From: Amphiscolops sp. MND2022
Taxonomy: Eukaryota
Assembly (NCBI GenBank): GCA_964187785.1
Contig: OZ076409.1
Location: 81,160,001 to 81,224,000 of the forward strand
Direction of reading: 5' to 3'
DNA length: 64,000 nucleotides
Shown here: piece by piece, positions 52,561 through 64,000 of the stretch
Numbering within the stretch: the stretch's first letter is position 1
Layout of the letters: each line of letters begins with the position of its first letter
The notes under the pieces: generated by a model
Databases searched by the model: none
Told to the model about the DNA's origin: nothing
Seen by the model: only the letters and a program-made list of their open reading frames with translations
Program-made: the position numbers and the translations under genes

Positions 52561-53157
52561 AGCGGTTTACGGAGACGTTACGTTGCGCATTAGAAAATCA
52601 TTCCAATTAGTGACGTCACAAAATCATTCCAAATAATAATGTACTGCTAGCGTAGCTGTGTCGATGACGTCACAAAAAGCGTTCCAATTAGTTCACACCA
52701 GTATATTTAACCAAAACAATCGCGTTTAAAGCGATAACAGCCGGGAGCGTGCTGTGACAGGACCACTCGGGAAGGAAAGAAGACGATATGCGGGTTTTTG
52801 CCGTTTCACTTCTTTCTTACGTCAGCGAGGTTTCTCAATTTCCGACTGATATTCGTAGTCTTCTGGGGTCAGTACTTTCACAGATTTCCTATTTGTTGAT
52901 TTTCTTCCTTCGTTGCGGTTCACCTGAAGTTTTGAAAGCGTTTTGCTTCCGTCTGCGCTGTTATTGGCCGAAACGTGAATAAACAATTTTCTGATTTTCT
53001 TTCTCCGTTTCTTCTTCAACTACGTCGTTATGACGTTGTCAATCCTTTCCGAAGCAATTACGTCGATGTGACGTCACTGTTTTCAAAGTGCTTTCCTTGA
53101 TTTTTCTTTCAGTTGTTCTTTTTTTATGTTGTTTCGAAGAAACTTCTGCTGTTTTCA

Positions 53158-54167
53158 ATGGGAGACGTTGAAATTGTTCGTTCTACTGCTGTTCCTGTGG
53201 CAGGCTTTGTTAGTGGAAACGGGATAAACTACAACTACTCCGACGATGACGTTGTACTCTCGGAGGTGGAAATTGCGCTCGTTGCTTCAGGTTGGTAAAA
53301 TCTTTCTGACTTCCATGGGTTGTTGGACTATTGTTTTGGTGATCAGCCTTTGAGTCCTACCCGATTACCTGACGCGTCTGAATCCAGATCTTGATTTTCA
53401 GTACCTCAACCTGACACTTCGGCAGTTGTTCCTTTTGGGATTTCGGACGTGTTTCGTCCGTCCGACACAACAACGTCGCCTTCCGTTTCCACCATCTTGG
53501 CTACCAACCTCGGCCAAATTGTAACTGAAGTAGCTCCCGATGTCTTTTCTCTCAGTTCTATTTCTTTTACTGTTGCTGTCGAATGAGAAGAATTCATAGT
53601 CCCAAGTCCTGGATTTCTGTCTCAGTCACCCCACGTCAGCCTTCCGTCCATGAAGATGTTCTTTCTGTCGCTGCTCAGTGTTATACTGATCCGGTTAAAA
53701 TTTGCTACATCTCGTTCGAGCGAGATGTTTCCCCCCTCGTTTGGAATAAAACTGACAGAGATGTAGTCTTTTATTTCACTCTGTACTGGCTCAATGATCT
53801 GTGGGTGTATTACGGAACGTTTTCGGAGAGTTGTGTAACGTAGAGAACACGGTAACAAGGATTGCATGTGATTGCTACGAGGCATTCCGGCATTTATCAG
53901 TCGACAATTAATATAGTTTCAGGGAGTTTTCCCACTGTCTTGATTATCACGTCATGCAGTCGTTGGCTTGGAGTCTTCAGTCGGGGACGAATTAGGTGAA
54001 AAAAATTGAAGGTACTTTGTTCCATTTTTCTGGAGAAAGTAATAATTACACGAGTCTTTTTCGATCACAATCACATGTTCAATGCTGGCACAATTTTTGA
54101 AGGTGAATTTCTGTTACTGATTGCTCATTTTCGAGGTCAAAACGTAACTCTAATTGTTCCATTCTAA
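53158..54167 (+). pseudogene. Decayed unknown ORF, antisense to the element
   Basis: MGDVEIVRS... through ...QNVTLIVPF* pieced across several stops and frameshifts; only short ORFs survive in the track. Confidence 0.4.
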
Positions 54168-57088
54168 AGTAATCACTCACGATTTCAGTTCGTAATCTCT
54201 TCGCTATCCGATTTCCAATTGATGTTCTGTTCCTGTTGCGCATCTCTTGATGTTGATTTGGTCGTTCGTGGAATCGTTTTAACTCCTGTCACCATGTTAC
54301 GACTACCTAACGAAGTGTTATTTTGGGTAGTCGTTTTAATTGTTTATAGGAATTGATGTAGGTGCAATGAATATGTTTTAAAGCTTCTCTGACTTCGAGT
54401 TTTCATATTTGAGTTGAGACAAGGAGATTGAAAGAATTTGAATTTCCAACTCGTTTCAACAACGGAGTAAAACAATGCAACAATGATCACTATTAACTTT
54501 TTAACTAACTAATTCAATTTACAAAACCAACATATTTATACTTTCCTAGCATCATTTGTTCCTCACCTAAAAATTCCTAGGTATCATAAAAATTGGGTTT
54601 GTTCATGCAAAAACCCAGTTGATTCATATTATTTCAGTCCCGCGTCACAAAATCAGGTATCGAAATTCCTAGTTGCGTCGCCCTTCCGTAACATTTGTTG
54701 AAATTATTTTTGTTCAAACGATACATTTCCTGTTTGGACGTCAAAATGGCGGCAAAATGAGAGCCTACTTGATATTTTCAACAACGGAGACACGCCGGCG
54801 TGATTAATTAGTCAATTTCCAAGTTGGGAATCCAAATGTTCAAGATAAAAGTATCACTAGCAAAAATGGCAACGCAACTAAAACGGAGCAATTAATTTTG
54901 AGAGCGGAAACATTTGAATACTGATGAAAAGGAACAAATGATACCAGAATAACAGTTTCAAAATATTGCCATTATTATTAGCACGAACATAAAACGACGT
55001 AAATATATCTAAGCTAAACATACAATCACATAAATACTAAAACAACGGAGACCATTCGGTCAACAACAAAATCCACACTTGAGAAAACGCTGATCAGAAC
55101 ATCGATTAGTGACATTAACACGTTATTACTTCGATTGACAATTTCGACTTCATAGTATAAATGCAGAACACTCAATGAAAATATTAGTATAAACTTCATT
55201 CAAAAGAAAACATCCAATAATTTGACGTTGCCCTTACGTTGCATTCTATTCACAAAATCTTTCAAATTCATCAATTCCTGAGGAAATTTCCTACTAAATT
55301 GTTTTTAAAACCCAATTGGATAATTACAATCTTACAATTGCTCCGTAAGCGCTCCGTACGTATTAAAATTAGGTATAGCTTTACAGCTTTACAATTTGCT
55401 CCGTAAGCGCTCCGTACGTATTAACATTAGTTATAGCAAACTGGCGGCTGACAATCTTACAATTTGCTCCGTAAGCGCTCCGTACGTAATAAAATTAGCT
55501 ATAGCTGACCAGCGGTTTACGGAGACGTTACGTTGCGCATTAGAAAATCATTCCAATTATTGACGTCACAAAATCATTCCAAATAATAACATACTGCTAG
55601 CGTAGCTGTGTCGATGACGTCACAAAAAGCATTCCAATTAGTTCACACCAGTATATTTAACCAAAACAATCGCGTTTAAAGCGATAACAGCCGGGAGCGT
55701 GCTGTGACAGCGTAGGACGTTTTCATGAAAAACCCTATTTTCGGACCTCCGCCTCCTCCTCACAAAAACGCAAAATAGTTCGGATATAACGTCAAAAGTT
55801 CGGATATAGCGCTTTACTCCGGATATTACGAGCGCGGACTTCAATAAAATCGAAAGGAGGAGGGACTCTTACAGACAAATTTTTTTTCGAAAAAAAGTCT
55901 CATAGCGCCGAAAAAAATTGAAAGGGGGACCCTTTAGTCTCATCTGGTTTTGTATGTTACGTTTAAAAAGTAAAAACTGAAAGGGGGGACCCTTTGCGGT
56001 AGCTTAGATGCGTTTCCCAGGTATTCGTTTAGTTGAACAAATTGAACAAAAATTTCGTCGCAAAGAGTCTGTCATAAAAAAGAAAAACGAGTGACTGTAA
56101 TAGTCGGGCTCTTTTATTAATAAAAGCGCCGGCTAAAAAATTGGATCTCTCGATCAAATGTACGTCGAAATGTTTTTGGTTTTCAACTCTTGTGGTGATT
56201 ATCCTCATGAAAACCTTCAAAAATTGTACACAATTTGCTTATCACGATGGAAGTTAGGGAAACACTACTTTTGGTGGAATTTTAAAGAGACTTTTTTGAA
56301 TAATTTTCTAAAAAGCATATTGGATACCTTTTTGTCTGGTCGTTTAAATTTATGGACTTTCTAGGTCTGGGAAATTTTACAAAAAGTTGCGAAATTTTCA
56401 AAAGTTCGGGTTTTGTGGTCATTTTGGAGTCATTTGTGGTCATTTTAGAGCACTTTTCCCAAAACCGTTAATTATTTTTAAAAAATATACCAAGAACGTA
56501 AAATACGGTGATGATATTTGAAGAAGGGCGTGTTTCATTTAATTATATACATTTTGGGGGAAAATGCGGCTCAGTTGATAATTTTCTTTTCCCATATGGA
56601 AATACGGTCGGAAATTAACAATTTCTCAAGAAATCCGTGACTCTCCATATTTCAAACGTGATTCATTCAAATTTTCATATGGCAGGTTCGTTGGCTACTT
56701 TTTTGGACAAATCTTGCTATACTCTTGAAACAATTTGAACATTTTGTTTTGGTTTCTCGTTTGGCTATTTACATCCATCATGAGGGAGCCAGTCAGCGTT
56801 CGAAACTGATGTATAGCTTAACTCTTTGGAGACAGAATTGCAGATATTTCAATTCTTGTTACAACCTTGGAAAATTTGATAGTTTCGAACAACAATTTTT
56901 ACAGAAGTGTTTTAAGGAGTAATATATATTGGGAGTTGAAAAAAATTTACTGCGCATGCGGTTCTGGTTTCCAATCAAGTCAAGGCTGACCTTTTAGACC
57001 TATGAAACTTAATAGTGATTTTTGTTTCTTTAAATCGGCCTATACCAATAAAAAAAATTCAATACAATGCTAATACCGAACGTTTGCA

Positions 57089-57630
57089 CCCTAGTCGAGA
57101 TTGCTTGAACTTTTTACATGTTGCATAGAAACATGGAGGCTATTTTTTTTACAAATCATGGATAATTCTGGCAGCTTGTATGGAGAATTTTTGTAGAATT
57201 ACAATGCAGCTTCCACTATTGCAATTAAAACTGAAAATTTTCCCTTCCTCACCGTCGCGATCACTTTGTTTTCACGCTTACGCTTCTCAAGTAAGTAGCT
57301 CATGTAATCACCGTTAGTCAAATAGCATGAATTTGACGCTATTTGGAAACATATAATGCGACTGAAGATTATTTGAATTGAAATCGCGGTAAGCTTGATA
57401 GTATCTCAGCTGCTTTTAAAATTAGAACTGTTGCTTGTTGAAACCTGCAAAACATCGTGGCTCGGAATAACCGCCAAATTTAAGATACATCTTATGGGCA
57501 GCTTGATAAAGTTAAATTTATTCAGTGAATTTTTTTGCATGGAAGTTTCCTTGGGATTTTATAAAATCATGAAAAAGTAGCTTGGTAACCTACAAAAACT
57601 TGTGAAAAGTTCAAGCAGTTTCAACCTTGG
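57089..57630 (-). mobile_element. MITE, inverted homologue of 27407-27967
   Basis: CCCTAGTCGAGATTGCTTGAACTTTTTACATG ... AAAAGTTCAAGCAGTTTCAACC. Confidence 0.75.
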
Positions 57631-58066
57631 AAATGGAAAATATCTTGCAAATTTTTTGCCAAACCGAATTGCGAAAGTTTGAATCATTCAATCTGAAGCT
57701 TAATTTTCCTTTTTCATTTGAAATTTTTCTCTGAAATTGCCACGAATGAATCAACCATCTATATATGTATGAAAACTAGCTTTCAGATTGGTAGAATATA
57801 TTGTTTTAGTTTTATCTTAAAAGAATTTTGTTACTTTTTCTTTGTCGAACGATTGTCGCTGGAACAGTATACAAAAACTATCCCAAAGTCACTGCGCTTT
57901 TTGGACGTCTTAAAAAGAGCTGTTCGTTAGGATTAACCGCGGTGTTTTGATGTTTAATATTTCATTTTTTAATGGACCCACATTCAAAGTTGATTTATTT
58001 AACATGAAATGAATAAATTGTTATTGTTATTATTATTTTGGTTGCAGTTGTAATTGGTGTGTTTAG

Positions 58067-58193
58067 AAGTGCAATTCCTTCACCAGTTTTTCGTCCAATG
58101 CGCCCTCTAGCGATTCCACCATCTTCTTCCACAGGGCCAACTCGATGGAAAAAAGACCCTCGGATAGCATCGTAGTCGCAAACTCTCCACAAG
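58067..58193 (+). CDS. RhoGEF gene exon 3 (KCNSFTSF...NSPQ)
   Basis: GTGTTTAG acceptor, AAG|GTGCGT donor, 127 nt, phase 0/1 bridging exons 2 and 4. Confidence 0.6.
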
Positions 58194-58770
58194 GTGCGTC
58201 CAATCTAACATCACCATAATGATAACTTTTCAATTCTACTAACCAAAGATTCACTGCAAAAAATAGAGCTTTGTTTAGCATCTTCTCAGCATTTTATCAG
58301 GCGTGGAAACAAATCAACAAATCACAACTGTTAAGAAGATTCCATACCATTACATAGTGTGTCCGAAATTCAACATACTTTTCAATAAACGAACTTCTAA
58401 CCAAAGCATGTCAGCCAGAAACGCTTATTTCATCGTAGTTACTTACCATCCGTCTCCCTAACATTTTTCACTCCCTTTTCATATCAACCTAATTGGTTTC
58501 ACTGCACATTCCTTCACAACAATGAATTCCAGGGTGGGGCGAAATTATGGGGGCTTTTTTGAGCCATTTCAAAACTAGTTTAATTTTTTTGTATTTACGC
58601 AGCGATTCCAGTAAAAATTAAAAATTGCAATCTAATAATGTTAGTTACTTTTAAATAAGCACTTTTTTGCATTCTCAAATCCAATTCCAAAAATGATCTT
58701 TGATCAAATTAAGTTTAAGTTCAAGAAGTTTTAAAAAAGACAACCAGTGATTTCAGCCGTTCGATTTTAG

Positions 58771-59228
58771 TAACGAAAGAGAAAAGTGCTTTTGAGAAAC
58801 TGACCAATGACCTGAAGCGATCATTTAGTAAGAGGGGCAAAAGTCCCCCCACCCGCAACTCTGTAGAATCGAGCACCTCCAGCATGTGTAGCCCAACGAG
58901 TGCGCCCGAGAAAAGTGCTCTTACTTTTTACATAGACGGAGCAGCCGCTGACTCAGCCAATCACAAAGAGGGAGAAGACTCAGCCAATCAGAAGCGAGAC
59001 TCAGTGTGGGCGCTCACTGCGTCATCAAGCGTGAAGAGAAAAAGTTTCAGAAAACCTTCACGCCTAGACAGATCTGTTCACGAGAAACGATTTACCAGCT
59101 CTGTGCGAGATTGCAGCAGAAGAAACGTTGGATCTCATAAAGACATTTCGACCAGGCACAGCGCTTTAATTGTGGCCTCACCAATCAAGGAGCCTTCTTC
59201 AGACCCTGGCAAGCCCAAAAATTCAAAA
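58771..59228 (+). CDS. RhoGEF gene exon 4 (Ser/Lys-rich, ...PGKPKNSK)
   Basis: GATTTTAG acceptor phase 1, AAA|GTAAGT donor phase 0, open frame. Confidence 0.7.
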
Positions 59229-60346
59229 GTAAGTTTTGTGAAGAACTACAAAGCGAAAGGTCTTGTCGCACAAATAAATCCTGAATCAATAGTTCAGAAA
59301 GTTTTGAGTCATATAAAAATTGAAAAGGGTTATTCAGTTGTTTACTTTAAGCTTACAATACAATAGGTTCCCAGGTTGGCCATCATGGCACCTGCATGGC
59401 TTTTCAATATCTCAAAAATTGCAGTTAGTAAGGGAAGAAGCCGGAAATAAACCTTCTAGCATTGCTTTAGATTTACATCTTTTTGAGTCAACACTTTTTT
59501 TGAAAACTGCCTCCTTAAAAACTTGCGCTGCATAATAATCCCAAAAGGTGAATTCTTCATTTTTTGCTCAATGGAAATATTGTTTTGACGGAAATACAAC
59601 TCATTTTCAGAAAAAAGTGTTCAAAATAAAAGTTAAACAGTGTTAAGGCTGCAAAAAGATTGAGGGATGTTTTTTTTACCGAATAGGCTTTCGGATGTAG
59701 CGTAATAAAGTTCAAAAATTCCAAAATGTGATGTATCTTTTTGAATTTTGGTTCGATTCCAACTATTGTTATAATTCTGATTAGAATCTGACTAACTTTT
59801 GCTTCTGAGATTTTTCAGTACAACGAATACATAAAAAGATATTACGCTTCGAGTGTATTCAGCTTTTTGGTACCCTAGTGTACGTACCAATAGACATCAT
59901 GGAGTAATATTCTAAGGAGTATACAAGGGGCACGAAAGAGTATACAAGAAGCAAAAATGGAAGAAAAATATATGAAGCGTGAAGTTCATATTACTGCTCT
60001 GTCTCACCGAGTTAGCAAGACCGATGATGACAAGTTTCAAAGGAATTATTCAAGCAAACTGTTATTAACAAGTATTTTCCCTTCTTTGCAATTAGGAAAA
60101 ATGTGTTTTTGGGTCTTCTCCTAATTTCAAAAATCTTCATTGCTTTTCATTTATATACATACTCTGGATGTCAAAAGCCCGATTTTCATTTTCATCGAGT
60201 AGCTTTTTGTTTTCGTCGGTAGATGAAATTGGGCAATTAGTCCAATTTTGTTTCGAATTTTCAGTCACATGAATATTGACCAACACAGAATTACGGACAC
60301 AATTGAAAATTGTCAACGAAGTTTTCTTATTGCTGATGTTTTCCAG

Positions 60347-60424
60347 GAGAAAATTCGGTTCATCATATCAACTCTTTTGGATACAGAAAGATCTTACGTG
60401 TCATCCCTACACTATCTCGTTTGG
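60347..60424 (+). CDS. RhoGEF gene exon 5: start of Dbl-homology domain (ARHGEF17/ARHGEF10-like)
   Basis: TTTTCCAG acceptor, TGG|GTAAGT donor; EKIRFIISTLLDTERSYVSSLHYLVW fits DH conserved region 1 (LLxTExxYVxxL). Confidence 0.8.
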
Positions 60425-60839
60425 GTAAGTGATCTTCCAAAAACCTTTTAGGGTATCTTTTCCTTAAACACGCAAATTTCTGTAACAATGGCAAAACTAG
60501 CATAGAGTAGTAACTGACTATATGCATTTTTGTGACGTCATCAAATAAAAATCAGAGTGTTTTAGGAATTGTTGGAGAGCAATTTTAGTATAATTCATTA
60601 TGTAAGCGTTTCGTTTTTTTTAACGAAAAGGGGAAGAAGGAAAAAAACCTTTTTTCAGTATTGTGAATTGTGAGAAATAATTTCAGTTATCACGTGTGCA
60701 TAAACGGCTCATAAAGTTCTATTCGTCAATTAACTGTTCAGTATTTTAAAGTCAAAACCCATGTGAACAAAGTCAACACAAGAAATCAAAATGTTTGGGA
60801 AAAAGTAGTTTGTGAGTTCGAGTTAATGAGTCATTAACA

Positions 60840-61578
60840 TTCTCCGGGGAGGGGGGGCTTAGTTCTGAGGAGGAATGTTTTTTTGGGTGCACTAAGCTTA
60901 ACCTTACTGCGGGCCTAGTTACTTTTCCGAGGGCGGTTTTTAGTAAGCATGATCGAACGACTCCATCGGGCCCGGTGTGCGTCTTTTCCACGATACCCAA
61001 TGGCCAGACACCTCGAGGGCAGTTGTCATTCAGGATCCACACAAGATCTTCTTCTTTCAGCTGTGAATCGTGTTTGTTCCATTTGGGTCGTCCAATCATT
61101 TGCGGGGTAATCTCGTGTAGCAGGAGTTGCCAGAGACTATTCAAATAGCCCTGGGAGCGGCGCCAAGAAGACTGAGCAGGCGAATCGCTCCCCCCGAAAA
61201 TAGCGGCAGCAACATTTGGGCAAGGTCGACCCAATAAGAAGTGATTAGGAGTAATGGGTGTTGCATCTTTTATGTCATGTCGCTGCTGACAAGGGTTAAA
61301 GGTTGGCTGTTGAGAAGGGACTCGCATTCAACTGTGATGGTGTCGAAAACTTCTCGCGTTATGCGGCTGGACCCCAGGGTAATCAGGAAAGCTCGTTTAA
61401 ATGGCTGAACCAAGCGTTCCCACGCGCCACCGAAATGAGGTGCAGAAGGGAGATTCAGGCGCCATTGTATGCCTTGACGCGCAAGTTCTTTCCCTACAAA
61501 CGTTTCATCGAATGCAAGACGTTGACGACGAATTTCCTTCTTTGTTCCGAGGAAATTTGTTGCATTGTCACTGTGCAA
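60840..61578 (-). pseudogene. BEL integrase C-terminal half plus DUF5641-type tail
   Basis: HSDNATNF...PSAPHFGGAWERLV...LNSQPLT; ITPNHFLLGR...WPLG.V...GPDGVVR. Confidence 0.9.
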
Positions 61579-61580
61579 AA

Positions 61581-62028
61581 CAACTCACAACAAGAAGGAG
61601 ATTGAGGGAATGCCTATTGCAAGCAAACCCGAGTGTGTTGATGGCCCACGCCAACAACTCACAACAAGACGGAGATTGAGGGAATGCCTATTGCAAGCAC
61701 ACCCGAGTGTGTTGATGGCCCACGCCAACAACTCACAACAAGAAGGAGATTGAGGGAATGCCTATTGCAAGCACACCCGAGTGTGTTGATGGCCCACGCC
61801 AACAACTCACAACAAGAAGGAGATTGAGGGAATGCCTATTGCAAGCAAACCCGAGTGTGTTGATGGCCCACGCCAACAACTCACAACAAGAAGGAGATTG
61901 AGGGAAAGCCTATTGCCAGCAAACCCGAGTAGGTTGATGGCCCACGCCAACAACGCACCAGAGACTAGGAGAGTTTGGGACTGCTAATTGCGGGCAACCC
62001 AAGTTTGTTGATGACCCACGCCAACAAC
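61581..62028. repeat. 74-bp minisatellite, ~6 units, inside the BEL element
   Basis: CAACTCACAACAAGAAGGAG... recurring at 61581, 61655, 61729, 61803 and 61877, degenerate at 61951. Confidence 0.92.
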
Positions 62029-62954
62029 TAACAACTGGAAGAGTTCTGGGGTAGATTAAAAGAAGATTGCTTCAAAAATTCGTTCTTGGAAATAGTAGAG
62101 TGCATTGGTGAAGTTTCACACCGGGCCGAATGGGCGGTTTCGATTCGGAGTTTTTGAGAAGAACTCAAATGTCGAAATGAAACGAAAACCATTTGAAATG
62201 TCTGGTTTTTTGTTGGTACTCCTATGCTATTGCTACGAAAAGCTAAGTCTTGATGAATGGTTACATGGAACACACAAAGAAAAACAAAGCCTAATAGCCG
62301 CTACGCTAAGCTTAGGTTGCTTGTAAGTTTTATTTGTGAAATAGGAATTGCAATCAGATGTTGCGCTAAGCAAATTCAAAAAAATTATAGGGTGAGAAGC
62401 GGAGAATGTTGCTTTTCTCCACTTCCAGATGACGAGCTTGATGGGTTACCACCGAGATGGGTTACCACCGAGATGGGTTACTACTCAGAGGGGCATCCAC
62501 TGAGGCGGGTGGCCACCGAGAAAGGGTTACCAATACCATTTTTTGTAAGAAGGAATACACGGAGGAGTTATACAAAACAGGATGTCAAAAACTGGGGACA
62601 AATATTGATGTGTTAGGACACATGCTGTTTTTTTTAAGTTCGGGGAGAAATGTTTGTTGGGAAAGCTTTTTTTAATTTTTTTTTCAGGTTGGTAAAGATA
62701 GCATCGTTTTAATAACAGGAGCGCCAATATGAATAAAACGGCTCATAACGTTCGATTCGTTAATTATCTGTTCAGTATTAAAGTCAAAACCCATGTGAAC
62801 AAAGTCAACACAAGAAATCAAAATGTTTGGGAAAAAATAGTTTGTGAGTTCGAGTTAATGAGTCATTAACAACGTGCTAGAACCTAATGAATTGAATGGC
62901 TTTTTCGAATAAAGCTGTGAAATATTTTAAATTATATTCTTCTAAACGTCTTTT

Positions 62955-63858
62955 TTAGTCGGCGCTTTTTGTTTAGCAAAAAATGAACGACTCATACAGT
63001 GACCCGTTTTTCTCCAGACCACAGACCTCACACTGAAAGGTCCACTTTCTTCAGAAACTACTAAAACTACTAAAGCCAAATCCGGCCAGCGGAAACTTAG
63101 TGCAAAAGGCCCGCCTTTCATTTTTCATTCTTTAACGTAACCTAAACCTGACGAGACTTAAGGGTCCCCCTTTCGATTTCTTTTGGCACTGTGCGACTTT
63201 TTTTCGAAAATTTTTAATCTCTCTAAAGGGTTTCCGCTTCGAGTTTTGTGATATTTTCCATCCAATTAATGTTAAAAAATCCGGAAGGGTCTCCTTTTGG
63301 AGTTTTCGGCACTATGACTGTTTCAAAATTCTCATTTTTGTCTGATATTTGGTTTTGTCAATATATATCCAATAATTTTTTTCGATACTACCCGAATTTA
63401 TTTTTGACGTTATGTCTGAACAATATTGCGTTTTATTAGGGAGGAGGCGGAGGTTCAAAAAAGGATCTCTTTCACTATATCCCCCCTATATCACTCGTTA
63501 CACTATGTCTCCCCTAGAGAAAAAGAATGCTTGTGGCTCATTTATATTGATCTCCTATTGGCTAATCTCTCACGATATTCCGTCAGTCAATTGATCTCAT
63601 CATAACTATCGACATTTTTCATTGGCTCTTATTATCAAAATCTTCACTCAGCCAATCAGAAGCGCTGTTAAATAAGAGCAGATCTGCGCTGTTAGAATGT
63701 GCAGTACATGTCTTTAATAGTGTTTCACTTTGTCCCCCCTTTTTGCTGTAGGGGGGACATAGTGAAAGAGATCCCAAAAAAGTTTTTCATGAAAACGTCC
63801 TCCGCATGTTTTAAAATGCCTTAGATATGGCGCCGACTTTAGACGTTACCGTAATGTT
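62955..63858 (+). mobile_element. HINE-like element, copy J, carrying a nested MITE (63462-63775)
   Basis: TTAGTCGGCGC start; CCTTAGATATGGCGCCGACTTTAGACG end; same composite structure as copy F. Confidence 0.75.
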
Positions 63859-64000
63859 ACTCGAAACACAGGAAACCTTCATTAAAGTCACAGTTTTAGT
63901 TTTATAATTTACAGTTTTACAGTTTTATATCCGAACCTTTTAGTATGACCTTGGTAAACCCAATATCTTAGCTTACAACCTCATTAGTCAAATTTGTTGA

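Larger units (their letters stand above)
51344..55709 (-). mobile_element. LARD-like non-autonomous LTR element with 1.4-kb LTRs
   Basis: LTRs at 51344-52759 and 54295-55709 (TGTTAC...GTGACA, ~13 differences); perfect TSD GCGTA; PBS TGGTGACAGGAGT (tRNA-Leu-like) on minus strand; no gag or pol. Confidence 0.9.
51274..56136 (-). mobile_element. HINE-like element, copy I, split by the 51344-55709 LTR element
   Basis: 3' hairpin and subTIR at 51274-51305; remainder at 55715-56136 ending in AAGCGCCGGCTAA. Confidence 0.75.
60697..62871 (-). mobile_element. Internally deleted BEL/Pao LTR retrotransposon
   Basis: ~143-bp LTRs at 60697-60839 and 62730-62871; perfect TSD ACGTG; PBS TGGCGCTCCTG at 62716-62726. 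Confidence 0.9.

Noticed and set aside
19927..55709. Tandem unit length (1415 bp) equals the LARD LTR length (1415/1416 bp)
   Set aside because: The sequences are unrelated; treated as coincidence
61581..62028. Regular repeats as a possible CRISPR array
   Set aside because: The units are contiguous with no unique spacers; eukaryotic retroelement context and no cas genes

Overview
This is AT-rich eukaryotic (invertebrate-like metazoan) genomic DNA dominated by nested transposable elements; no prokaryotic features, RNA genes or CRISPR arrays are supported. Six LTR retroelements can be delimited. (1) A young minus-strand element (1-6563) with ~2-kb near-identical LTRs, a tRNA-Asn-type PBS and a PPT; it encodes only a Gag-like ORF plus an unknown overlapping ORF and has no RT or IN. 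(2) A defective Mag-like Ty3/Gypsy (15080-20570) whose 3' end plus flank was triplicated as a 1415-bp tandem array. (3) A decayed Gypsy (38053-43652). (4) An internally deleted and inverted Gypsy (48356-49378). (5) A non-coding LARD-like element with 1.4-kb LTRs and a decayed antisense ORF (51344-55709). (6) An internally deleted BEL/Pao (60697-62871). There is also a diverged LTR related to element 1, about ten copies of a Helentron/DINE-1-like (HINE) family with a covarying 3' hairpin, and several foldback/CMC-type MITEs. One host gene is supported: a plus-strand, five-exon, phase-consistent 5' part of a Dbl-homology RhoGEF (ARHGEF17/10-like) at 46285-60424 that continues beyond the window. 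All coordinates were read by eye and could be off by a few bases at repeat edges.
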